A stretch of DNA of 64,000 nt, taken from Alphaproteobacteria bacterium. Its GTDB lineage: Bacteria > Pseudomonadota > Alphaproteobacteria > UBA828. The stretch's first letter is position 1, and each line of letters opens with the position of its first letter. The stretch lies in NCBI GenBank assembly GCA_965237415.1, contig CBDEFM010000002.1:448001-512000 (forward strand), written 5' to 3'. This document shows positions 11,484 through 20,595 of the stretch, piece by piece. Position numbers and translations under genes: made by a program. The notes below the pieces were generated by a model that was not told where the DNA came from, searched no databases, and saw nothing but the letters and a program-made list of their open reading frames with translations.

Positions 11484-12748
11484 GCACCGCTCCCGCCCAA
11501 CGCTTCGATCGACCGGCGGCCGCTGCGGCGCCGTTCGACGCCGACAGTGTGCGCGCGGATTTCCCGATCCTCTCGCGCACCGTTCACGGCAAGCCTCTGG
11601 TCTTCCTGGATAGCGGCGCGAGCGCCCAGAAGCCCAGAGCGGTGATCGACGCCATCTCACGGTGCTACGAGGCCAAATACGCCAACATCCACCGCGGCGT
11701 TTACGAGCTGAGCGCGAAGGCGACCGAAGCCTACGAGGGCGCCCGCGCCAGGGTGCAGCGCTTCATGAATGCTCGCTCGGCCAGCGAGATCGTGTTCACC
11801 AAGGGTGCGACGGAGGCGATCAACCTGGTCGCCACGAGCTGGGGCGGCGCCTTCCTCGGCGAAGGCGACGAGGTCGTGCTCTCGGTGCTGGAGCACCACG
11901 CCAACATCGTGCCGTGGCAGCTGCTGCGCGAGCGAACGGGCATCGTGCTCAAGGTGGTGCCGACCGACGAGCGCGGCGTCTTCCCGCTCGATGCTTACGC
12001 GGCGCTGGTCGGGCCGCGCACCAAGCTGGTGGCTCTCACCCACGTCTCCAACGCGCTCGGCACCGTGACGCCTGTGGACGAGATCGTACGCATTGCGCAC
12101 GACCGTGGCGCTCTGGTTCTGCTCGACGGCGCGCAGGGCATCGTTCACTGCCCCGTCGACGTGCAGGCGATGGACGTGGATTTCTACTGCTTCTCGGGCC
12201 ACAAGCTCTATGGGCCGAGCGGTATCGGCGTGCTCTACGGCAAGGAGGCGCTGCTCGCGGCCATGCCGCCCTATCAGGGCGGCGGCGACATGATCGAGCG
12301 CGTGACCTTCGAGCGCACGACATTCGCCCCGCCGCCGGCGCGCTTCGAGGCGGGCACGCCGCCGATCGCGGGTGCCGTCGGCCTACATGCCGCAATCGAT
12401 TATGTCGCATCCTTCGATCCCCCCGCCGTCGCCGCCCACGAGCATGACCTGTTGACCTACGCGAGCGAACGGCTCGCGGCGCTCAACAGTGTCCGCCTCT
12501 ACGGAACCGCGCCCGGCAAGGCCGCCATCATCTCCTTCACGATGGACCACGTGCATTCCCACGATGTCGGAACAATTCTCGACCGGGCCGGCGTGGCGGT
12601 ACGTGTCGGCCATCATTGCGCTCAGCCGCTGATGGACCACTTCGGCATCGCGGGCACCGTGCGTGCGTCCTTCGGCCTCTACAATTCGCGGGACGATATC
12701 GACCGCCTGATCGACGGGCTCGACGAGGTGCGGGAGATTTTTGGCTGA
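11480..12748 (+). CDS. sufS: Cysteine desulfurase SufS
   Basis: LDSGASAQKP, EHHANIVPW, SGHKLYGP (PLP Lys), RVGHHCA. Confidence 0.96.
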   Translation: MSTAPAQRFDRPAAAAAPFDADSVRADFPILSRTVHGKPLVFLDSGASAQKPRAVIDAISRCYEAKYANIHRGVYELSAKATEAYEGARARVQRFMNARSASEIVFTKGATEAINLVATSWGGAFLGEGDEVVLSVLEHHANIVPWQLLRERTGIVLKVVPTDERGVFPLDAYAALVGPRTKLVALTHVSNALGTVTPVDEIVRIAHDRGALVLLDGAQGIVHCPVDVQAMDVDFYCFSGHKLYGPSGIGVLYGKEALLAAMPPYQGGGDMIERVTFERTTFAPPPARFEAGTPPIAGAVGLHAAIDYVASFDPPAVAAHEHDLLTYASERLAALNSVRLYGTAPGKAAIISFTMDHVHSHDVGTILDRAGVAVRVGHHCAQPLMDHFGIAGTVRASFGLYNSRDDIDRLIDGLDEVREIFG

Positions 12749-13215
12749 TGTCCGAGCTCCGCGAGCTCTATCAGGAGGTGATCCTCGATCACGGCAAGTC
12801 GCCGCGCAATTTCGGCCGACCGCAGGCGGTGACCGGCGAATCCCACGGCCACAATCCGCTCTGCGGGGATACGGTGACGATTTACCTCGCGGTGGCGGAC
12901 GGCGTGGTTACGGACATCGGCTTCGAGGGCAGGGGCTGCGCCATCTCGATGGCTTCGGCCTCGATGATGACCGAGATGCTCCACGGCAAGTCGCTCGACG
13001 AGGTGCAGGCGATGTTCGCGGGCTTTCATTCCCTGGTGGCGTCGTCGGATCCGGCCTGCGAGCCGGGCTTCGCGACACCCGATCTGGACAAGCTGATCGT
13101 GCTTGCCGGCGTGCGGGAGTTCCCGATGCGGGTCAAGTGTGCGACGCTTCCCTGGCACACGATGAGGGCAGCGCTCGAGGGCGAGGGCGAGAGCGAGGAG
13201 ATCACCACCGAATGA
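12748..13215 (+). CDS. sufU: SUF system sulfur-transfer/scaffold protein SufU (NifU_N family)
   Basis: LYQEVILDH, NPLCGD, GCAISMASAS, RVKCATLPW. Confidence 0.92.
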   Translation: MSELRELYQEVILDHGKSPRNFGRPQAVTGESHGHNPLCGDTVTIYLAVADGVVTDIGFEGRGCAISMASASMMTEMLHGKSLDEVQAMFAGFHSLVASSDPACEPGFATPDLDKLIVLAGVREFPMRVKCATLPWHTMRAALEGEGESEEITTE

Positions 13216-13751
13216 TGAACCTGTTCCGCAAGAAGCGCCCGGCCGAGCAGCAGCCCGAGCCGGCCAGTCCACCCGAAGCGGTCGAGCCGCCCCCATCGCC
13301 CGCTGCCGCGCCGCCGAGCTACGAGCCCTGGTCGCCGGAAGGGCCGCCAGGCGCCATCGGCGGCGGCGGGCTCGCGCCGCAACTGATCGAGGCCGCGCCC
13401 GAAGCCGCCGACACCCTGCCGACCCCGCCGGGCCTGAGCCCCGACCACCCGCTTGCGGGGCAGATCGCGCGGGCCTTGAGCTCGGTCTACGACCCCGAGA
13501 TTCCGGTGGACATCTATCAACTCGGCCTCGTCTACGGCGTGACCTTGAACGAGGCCAACGACGCCCGCATATGCATGACACTGACGACGCCCGGCTGCCC
13601 GGTCGCCGGCAGTATGCCCGGCATGGTCGAGCACGCGGTGGCGACCATGGTGGAGGGGATCGGCGACGTCGGAGTCGAGCTGGTGTGGGATCCGCCCTGG
13701 AACCCCGACATGATGTCGGAGGCCGCCCAGCTCGAACTCGGCTTCATGTAG
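13212..13751 (+). CDS. sufT: DUF59/SufT Fe-S assembly protein with a Pro-rich N-terminal extension
   Basis: YDPEIPVDIYQLGL, MTLTTPGCPVA, VWDPPW...MSEAA. Confidence 0.88.
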   Translation: MMNLFRKKRPAEQQPEPASPPEAVEPPPSPAAAPPSYEPWSPEGPPGAIGGGGLAPQLIEAAPEAADTLPTPPGLSPDHPLAGQIARALSSVYDPEIPVDIYQLGLVYGVTLNEANDARICMTLTTPGCPVAGSMPGMVEHAVATMVEGIGDVGVELVWDPPWNPDMMSEAAQLELGFM

Positions 13752-13778
13752 CCGCCATCAGCCAAGCGGATTATTGCG

Positions 13779-14123
13779 ATGAAGGACATTCTCACCGTCA
13801 GCGAGCGCGCTGCAGAGCGCATCAACCACCTGATGTCGCTCCGGCCTTCCGATGCCGAGCCTGCCCTCGGCATCAAGATCGGGATCAGGAACGCCGGCTG
13901 CTCCGGCATGTCCTACACCATGGACTATGCGGAGGAGGCCCCGCCTGGCGCCGAGGTGATCTCGCAGCGCGGGGTCACGGTGGTGGTGGATCCGGCCGCG
14001 GTGATGTTCCTGATCGGCACCGAGCTCGACTTCAGCGAAGACAAACTCAGCGCCACCTTCGTCTTCAACAACCCCAACGTCACCAGCACCTGCGGCTGCG
14101 GCGAGAGCTTCGGCGTCGGCTGA
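13779..14123 (+). CDS. sufA: A-type Fe-S carrier SufA/IscA
   Basis: GCSGMSY and TCGCGESF motifs. Confidence 0.92.
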   Translation: MKDILTVSERAAERINHLMSLRPSDAEPALGIKIGIRNAGCSGMSYTMDYAEEAPPGAEVISQRGVTVVVDPAAVMFLIGTELDFSEDKLSATFVFNNPNVTSTCGCGESFGVG

Positions 14124-14231
14124 GGCCGGCCGCCGAAACACGAAATTACAAAACGAACCCAAATTCGTGTAACCAGTTGTTTTAGAAGTCAATTCTTGAC
14201 GTACCGCGGACCCTGTGCCGGGCCCGCGCGC

Positions 14232-14308
14232 TGGTCGGGGTGGCCGGATTTGAACCGGCGACCCTCTGCTCCCAAAGCAGATGCGCTACCTGGCTGCGCC
14301 ACACCCCG
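14232..14308 (-). tRNA. tRNA-Pro(TGG)
   Basis: CGGGGTGTGGCGCAGCCAGGTAGCGC...TCTGC-TTTGGGA-GCAGA...GGTTCAAATCC...CCA; 77 nt. Confidence 0.96.
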
Positions 14309-14384
14309 TATCGCCGCGATTCCTCCAGCGAGTCATAAGAGCCTCGTGACCCCGCCGCAAGCGCAGGGTTAACACCCCGGACAG

Positions 14385-14565
14385 TGGTGCGGTGCACGGC
14401 GCGCGCTGCCTGCGTCAGCTTGGCGCCATGCTGTATGAGAACGAGCGGGCCATAGCACACAGGTTGAGCGGGCGTAGTCTCGGCGGGAGATTGGTGCCCA
14501 CGGTCCGTGCCACCGCCTGTCCCGCCGAATCCCACTTAATCCCACTTAATCCCGGCGAATCCCGC
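14385..14565. repeat. Dispersed ~170-bp element, copy A, with tandem AATCCCACTT 10-mers
   Basis: Three blocks shared in the same order with 54169-54337: TGGTGCGGTGCACGGC, CAGGTTGAG.GGGCG..AGT.TCGGCGG, CCGCCTGTCCCG..GAATCCCACTT. Confidence 0.8.
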
Positions 14566-14610
14566 TTCAACTTTAATGCTTGCCCGAGGTGGAGCGGGGA
14601 GCCGGATCGC

Positions 14611-14635
14611 GACCCCGATGAGAATTGCAGGCTAG
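14611..14635. repeat. Solo copy of the terminal repeat of the 51700-51902 MITE
   Basis: GACCCCGATGAGAATTGCAGGCTAG matches 51880-51904 at 21/25; its CTAG overlaps the DUF502 stop codon. Confidence 0.65.
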
Positions 14636-15372
14636 GCGTCGGGTCGCTCGGCCACGGGCGCGCGGTTCTCGTCCTCTGCTTCGGCCTCGGGTTGGGCTCT
14701 GGCTCCGGGCTTGGCATCCGGCGGGCTGACGATGCCGCCGGAGATCACGAGCTTGACGCCCTCTTCCACGGTCATATCCAGCGGGATGCAGTCCTTCCGG
14801 GGCACGAACAGGAGAAAGCCCGAGGTCGGATTGGGCGTGGTGGGGAGGAACACATTGACCATCTCGTCCTCCGTGACCCGTTGCACCTCGCCCCGCGTTG
14901 GGCTGGTGACGAAGCCGATGACCCATATTCCGCGGCGCGGATACTCGATCAGCACCACTTCGCGAAAGGCGTTGGCCGACTGCGCCAGCACCGCGTCGAA
15001 AATCTGCTTGAGTACGCCATAGACCGTGCGCACCACCGGCACGCGGGCGACCAGGCCTTCACCGAAGCGGACCAGGAAGCGCCCGGCGACGTTGGCGAAC
15101 AGGGCGCCGACCAGCGTGACCAGGATGAGCGCGATCACGATGCCGACGCCCGGCACGTTCCTGCCCAGAATGTCGGCGGGGTTGTAGGCGTCGGGGATGA
15201 GAGGCACGACGGCCCGGTCGAAGAGATCGACCACCAGCCAGAGCAGCCATACCGTGATGCCGATCGGCGCGGTGACGACGACGCCGGTGAAGAAATATGT
15301 CCTGAGGCGCGCGAGGAGGCCGCGCCTGCGCGGCGGCTGAATGAGACGCGGCGGGGGCGCGTCCTCCTTCAT
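14632..15372 (-). CDS. DUF502 family membrane protein
   Basis: YFFTGVVVTAPIGIT, VLIEYPRRG, VFLPTTPNPTSGFL, KLVISGG. Confidence 0.92.
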   Translation of the reverse strand: MKEDAPPPRLIQPPRRRGLLARLRTYFFTGVVVTAPIGITVWLLWLVVDLFDRAVVPLIPDAYNPADILGRNVPGVGIVIALILVTLVGALFANVAGRFLVRFGEGLVARVPVVRTVYGVLKQIFDAVLAQSANAFREVVLIEYPRRGIWVIGFVTSPTRGEVQRVTEDEMVNVFLPTTPNPTSGFLLFVPRKDCIPLDMTVEEGVKLVISGGIVSPPDAKPGARAQPEAEAEDENRAPVAERPDA

Positions 15373-15668
15373 CTCGGGGGAAGGCGCCGGTGCCCCGGCC
15401 CCCCGGGGTGATTGACCGTCCTCCTCATCGTCCCGCGATCCCGCTTGTTGTCAGCCTTGTGTACCTGCCGCGTTGCGTCGCCGCCAGATTATTCGTTTCA
15501 GGTCAACGGCAACATCGAGCAGAGATTTGGGTCTCTCCGCCGGCGGCATCTTGGCGGGGTGCGGCGCGGCACCTATCATGGCGCCTGACGGCGCGCCTTC
15601 GCCCAGCAACCGGCGCGATGCAGACTCCGGGCCGGCGGGAACGGCGCGCCGCACCGAGGGAGGAGCCG

Positions 15669-16616
15669 ATGTCGAGGCAGTTTACCGTTGCTGCGGCGCA
15701 GATGGGGCCGGTCGCCCGCGCCGACACGCGCTCGCAAGTGGTCGACCGGCTGATCGCGATGCTGCACAGCGCAAACCAGGCGGGCGCCACGCTCGTGGTG
15801 TTTCCGGAACTGGCGCTCACCACCTTCTTTCCGCGTTGGGTCATCGACGATCCCGAGGAGCTGGACAGCTATTTCGAAACCGAGATACCGAACAACGAGA
15901 CCCAGCCGCTCTTCGCCGCGGCGGCGGAGCTGGGTATCGGATTCCACCTCGGCTACGCTGAGATGGTCATCGAAGACGACGGTTCAAAGCGCTATTTCAA
16001 TACGGCTATCCTCGTCGATCGCGACGGGCAGATCGCCGGGAAGTACCGCAAGGTTCATATCCCTGGCCATGCCGAACCGCAGCCCGGCCAAACCCACCAG
16101 CATCTGGAGAAGCGCTATTTCGAGCCCGGCGATCTCGGCTTCCCCGTGTTCCGCTCCATGGACGGCGTGATGGGGATGTGCATCTGCAACGACCGGCGCT
16201 GGCCCGAGACGTATCGGGTCATGGGCCTTCAAGGCGTGGAGCTTGTCATGCTCGGCTACAACACGCCGAGCACCAATCCATTCGCCAAGGGGGAGGAGGC
16301 GCCTCATCTCGGCATGTTCCATAACCACCTCTCCATGCAGGCCGGCGCCTATCAGAACGGCACCTGGGTGATCGCCTCGGCCAAGGCCGGCATGGAGGAA
16401 GGCATTCACCACATGGGCGGAAGCTGCATCATCGCACCGACCGGAGAGATCGCGGCCCAAGCCCAGACCGAGGGCGACGAGGTGGTGAGCGCGCCGATCG
16501 ACTTGGGTCGGGGGGTCTATATCCGCGAGACCATCTTCAACTTCGCCGCGCACCGGCGGATCGAGCACTACGGCCTCATTACCAGCCGGACCGGGGCGGA
16601 GCCGCCACCCGCGTAA
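15669..16616 (+). CDS. N-carbamoyl-D-amino acid hydrolase (nitrilase superfamily)
   Basis: Triad motifs FPELALTTFFPRW, YRKVHIPG, ICNDRRWPE; GGAG RBS before ATG 15669. Confidence 0.88.
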   Translation: MSRQFTVAAAQMGPVARADTRSQVVDRLIAMLHSANQAGATLVVFPELALTTFFPRWVIDDPEELDSYFETEIPNNETQPLFAAAAELGIGFHLGYAEMVIEDDGSKRYFNTAILVDRDGQIAGKYRKVHIPGHAEPQPGQTHQHLEKRYFEPGDLGFPVFRSMDGVMGMCICNDRRWPETYRVMGLQGVELVMLGYNTPSTNPFAKGEEAPHLGMFHNHLSMQAGAYQNGTWVIASAKAGMEEGIHHMGGSCIIAPTGEIAAQAQTEGDEVVSAPIDLGRGVYIRETIFNFAAHRRIEHYGLITSRTGAEPPPA

Positions 16617-16646
16617 GAGCCGCCCCCGCCCGTCCGTCGGGCTACC

Positions 16647-17618
16647 TCAGACGGTGAGAACGATCTTGCCGAAATGAGCGTTGGCTCGCATGTGCGCCTG
16701 CGCCTCCGCCGCCTTGTCCAGGGGGAAGGTGCGGTCGATGGGCAGGCTCAGCGTGCCGTTTTCAACCGCGTTCCAGATGTCGGCGCGCATGGCGGCGTTG
16801 ATGGCGCGCACTTCGTCGACCGTGCGGGTGCGAAAGGTCACGCCAATATAATCGATGCGCTTCAGCGCATGCAGGTCGAAGTCGAACTCGCCGGTGAAGC
16901 CGCCGAGGCGGCCAACATTAACGATGCGGCCCAGCACCGCCGCCGCCTGCATCGTCTGATTGGCGAGCCCACCCGAGACCTGATCGATGGTGAGGTCAAC
17001 GCCTTTGCCGCCGGTCGCTTCGCGCGCCTGCTCCACCCAGCCTGGATCGCCGGGATCGAGGGCGAGATCGGCGCCGAACTCGGTGAGGCGGGCGCGCCGG
17101 CCGGCATCGCGCGAGGTGGCAAGCACCGCGCCGGCGCCCTTCAGGCGGGCGATCTGGATCGCCATGAGCCCGACACCGGAGCTCGCGCCCTGGATCAGCA
17201 CGGACTCGCCTGCGGCGAGCCGGCCGTTGGTGACCAGCGCGTCGTGCATGGTCTGAAGCGCGATTGGCAGCGTCGCCGCCTCGACCGGCCCGGCCGCGGC
17301 CTTGGGCACGGGGCACACCCGGCCCCAGTCGGTGACGGCGTACTCGGCATAGCCGCCGGCGCCCGAGCACATGACCTGCTCGCCAGGCCGGAACTCGGGC
17401 ACTTCGGCGCCGACGGCGGCAACCTCGCCGGCCCATTCGAGCCCCGCGATCGCGCCGGCGCCGCCGAGCGCCCCGTGTGGCCTCCCGGCCGCCATGATCA
17501 GGTCCGCCCGGTTCAACCCGCTGGCGGCAACCTTGACCAAGACCTCGTTGGGCTTGGGCTCGGGCGCCGGCACCTCGCGAAGCGCCAGACCCTCTTCGGT
17601 AAGCACCACTGCCTTCAT
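16647..17618 (-). CDS. NAD(P)H:quinone oxidoreductase (MDR/zeta-crystallin family)
   Basis: MKAVVL..., LNRAD, GASSGVG nucleotide-binding motif, HFGKIVL C-terminus. Confidence 0.9.
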   Translation of the reverse strand: MKAVVLTEEGLALREVPAPEPKPNEVLVKVAASGLNRADLIMAAGRPHGALGGAGAIAGLEWAGEVAAVGAEVPEFRPGEQVMCSGAGGYAEYAVTDWGRVCPVPKAAAGPVEAATLPIALQTMHDALVTNGRLAAGESVLIQGASSGVGLMAIQIARLKGAGAVLATSRDAGRRARLTEFGADLALDPGDPGWVEQAREATGGKGVDLTIDQVSGGLANQTMQAAAVLGRIVNVGRLGGFTGEFDFDLHALKRIDYIGVTFRTRTVDEVRAINAAMRADIWNAVENGTLSLPIDRTFPLDKAAEAQAHMRANAHFGKIVLTV

Positions 17619-18482
17619 TCGCTGTCTCCCATGAGCTTCGGTCTCGGTGGCCCGGAATCGCCCTCGTCGTCCGTTATACTCTGCGCTGCCATGGCTTACG
17701 CATGAATCGCTTGAAACCGATATGAATCCTATTCGTTCATCGGTCTCAAGGACATCTCCGAGCATCTCGCCCCGCCATACCAAGCGGTATTCTGCAGTTA
17801 GAGCGGAGAATAGGAAGCGAAGCCGGCGTGGTCGGGTGACGAGACTAATCCAAGTCGTGATCCTGCTGCTGGCCGTTGTGGCGGTCGTTTCGGCCTGCGG
17901 CGGTGGTGGCGGCGACGATGTCAGCCCGCAAACCGCGGCGGCGCCCACGTCCGATCCGCCGCCCACAGTTGTCATGCCGGCATGCGTTCAAACGGTCCTC
18001 GGCTGCTATTTGCCGGAGAGGTACGAAGCGGAACGCCAAACTATCGAGGACGCACATGCCAACGAGGACGCCTTCAAGAATCAGTGGGGTCTGGAAGCGA
18101 TTCGTGCGGAACGCGCCTACGCGCAACTTGAACTGGAGCACGGAATCGGTCTCGAACCCGGCAGCGGCCAGACGGTCGGCTTAATTGACACCGGGATCGA
18201 TGAGCTGCACCCGGTGTTCGCCGGCAAGACAGTGACGGAACAATTCTTCGGGACGGCCGAGGACGAGACCGGCGACGGCTTTTCCCACGGTACGGCAGTC
18301 GCGAGCGTCATCTCGGCTCGGCGGGGCGCCGAGCTCGCAAACAGCGGAGCGAACGCCGCGCACGGGGTTGCCTGGGGAGCCGACATCGCGATGTTCGCCA
18401 TCCCGACCGGGTCGGGAGGCGGCATTTACCATCCGCTCACCCTGACCGGCCAAACCAGCTATGACGAGCTATGGGCGTCTAG

Positions 18483-18591
18483 GAGCCTGCGCCGTAGGAA
18501 AATGGACTACTATATGTAGTGGTATCAGATCATTCTTTACCACTACTTATGGTGTCTGAAGGTGCCTAAAAGCGTTCTGCGGCGCAGGCTC
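18483..18591. mobile_element. 109-bp non-autonomous element (MITE) with CTAG target duplication
   Basis: CTAG at 18479-82 and 18592-95; TIRs GAGCCTGCGCCG(T/C)AG; AT-rich interior; excision restores the S8 reading frame. Confidence 0.92.
18507..18555. promoter_or_regulatory. Tandem NrdR-box-like palindromes inside the MITE
   Basis: CTACTATATGTAGTGG (18507-22) and CCACTACTTATGGTGT (18540-55), each 12/16 to ACACTATATATAGTGT, 33 bp apart. Confidence 0.55.
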
Positions 18592-20351
18592 CTAGGCTTA
18601 CTCAGACTCTCAACTGGTCGAGCGGTGGGCAGACACTCGATTTCGTCAACGTGAGCGTGGGGTACCACGGGATCATCGATCAGTACAGCGAAGAGGAACT
18701 GCGCCGCAATTTCCTCGATTCGATCATGGTGCTTGCACAGGCCGCCAAGACCGACAAGACCGTCTTCGTCTGGTCCGCCGGCAACGCCCACAGCGACCTC
18801 TGCGACGACTCGGACTTCACCGACAACCCAGATCTCTGCGTAAGCGGGAGCGTCAACGCCAAGTCGGTCGAAATCTTGGCCGGCTTGCCGGCGCGCATTC
18901 CCGAGCTGCGCGGAAACCTCATCGCCGTCGTGGCCGTCGCTCCCGATGGTGACGGGGACGGGGACCACGAGATCGCTGAGTTTTCCAATCGCTGCGGCAT
19001 TGCCAAAGATTGGTGCATCGCAGCGCCCGGAGTCGACGTCTGGGTGGCCTATTTCGGGCCCCATCCCGACGACGACACTCCGGGATTGCGGCTCGGCGCG
19101 GTCGCTGACGGAACATCCTTTGCCGCGCCCATGGTGACGGGCGCGCTGGTGGTGATGAAGGATTACTTTCGTGCCGAGCTACTGAATACGGATCTGGTCG
19201 CGCGGCTCCTGGCGACGACCGACAAGAGCGGCATCTATGCCGACGCAGATGTTTACGGCCAGGGCCTGCTGGACCTGGCTGCCGCAACCTCGCCCGTGGG
19301 CTCGCCCCGCATTGCTATCGACCAGCGGGTGGAGGGTGCCGCCGTCGATCTGACGGCCACCGGTCTCGGATTGGGCGACGCGCTCGGCGACGGGCTGACG
19401 CTGGCCCTTGCCGGGCACGAGATCGCAGCCTTCGACGACCTGGGCGCGCCGTTCTGGTACGCGCTCGATTCCTTCACCGATGCTGCAGACGGCCCCGCGG
19501 CGCGTACTCGGCTGCGGGGCTTCATGGCGCAACCCCAGTCAGAGCGGGAGACCCCGTCGTGGCGTCCCTCTCTCGGTGCGGTGCACAGCGTCGATGGTAC
19601 CGGTAGCGACGCCCCGCTTCGGCTCGGCATGCTGGATGCGTCCCCGCTGGGCGAGGACGCCGGGCACCTCTCGCTCGCCGGGCGGGCGCTGACTCTGAGC
19701 ACCGCAGGGCAGGGGAGTCTCAGCGCCGCCGCCTTCTCCACCGAAGGCTTGGACGGGCAGGCGCCGGCGTCGGGGGCAACTCTCGATTGGTGGCCGGAAG
19801 GTGCGCCGCTCGGTGTGCACGGCGGCTGGGTGGGTGAGCGCGAGGCCCTTCTCGGCAGCAGGGCAGCCGGCGCGTTCGGACGGATGACGGCGGATTCTGC
19901 GTTCGCCGGCATCGAGGCACGCGCGCGGGTCGGCGCCTGGCACCTCGGCGCCGGCGCCGAGGTCGGGACGGTCAGCACGTCGGTGCAGGGCGGACTGATC
20001 GCCGACGTTTCGCCGCTCATCACGAGCGCCTTCGCGCTCCAGGCGGTACGACCGTTGAATGACGGGGATACGTTCACACTCTCGCTGTCGCAGCCCCTTC
20101 GCGTCGAGTCCGGCCATGCCAGCCTTTCCGTTCCGGTCGGCCGTACAAAGGATGGCCTGGTGCGCCGGCGCCCGGTGACCGCCGATCTCGTGCCCACGGG
20201 CCGGCAAATCGAGGTTACGGCTCAGTGGCGACGGATGCTCTCGACGGGCGGTGAGCTGCGCTTAGGCGCCGCTTGGACCCGTCATCCTGGACACGCGGCC
20301 TCAGCGGAGCCCGACCTCACCCTCCTCGCCGGCTGGCGCCATACCTTCTGA

Positions 20352-20378
20352 CGCCGATCCGAGCGGCTCGGATTGGCG
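20352..20378. terminator. Hairpin immediately after the S8 protease stop codon
   Basis: CGCCGATCCGAG-CGG-CTCGGATTGGCG; no U-tract, so termination is uncertain. Confidence 0.4.
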
Positions 20379-20500
20379 CCGGCTGGAGATGTGCATCGCC
20401 GTTTAAGACGAGCGGGAGATTCGAGCGGCCGCAACCACAAGCACTCAACCGCGGCCCGGCTATGTCGGCGCCGACATGATGTTATAGCTGGTCGAAACCG

Positions 20501-20529
20501 TTGACGCCTTGCATTGTCGCGCCCACACT
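20501..20529 (+). promoter_or_regulatory. Putative hupB promoter
   Basis: TTGACG-17 nt-CACACT. Confidence 0.45.
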
Positions 20530-20595
20530 TTCGCGGTCGAGTCGGTATTCGCGAACGTCCGTATCCATCCACCGTGAGCGAAATGGGAGCGAGCA

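Larger units (their letters stand above)
17836..20351 (+). pseudogene. S8 (subtilisin-like) serine protease with lipoprotein signal and C-terminal beta-rich domain, interrupted by a MITE
   Basis: VVSAC|GGGGG lipobox; catalytic motifs IDTGI, HGTAVAS, SAGN, GTSFAAP are split over ORFs ending 18519 and starting 18651; removing 113 bp restores one frame (~800 aa). Start codon uncertain. Confidence 0.85.

Noticed and set aside
14527-14565. AATCCCACTT repeats as a CRISPR array or plasmid origin
   Set aside because: Units are 10 bp with no unique spacers, and there is no cas or rep gene in the window
18483-18591. MITE as a derivative of the IS5 at 50486-51687
   Set aside because: Terminal repeats are unrelated (GAGCCTGCGCCG versus GGAAAGTCTGAACAA)
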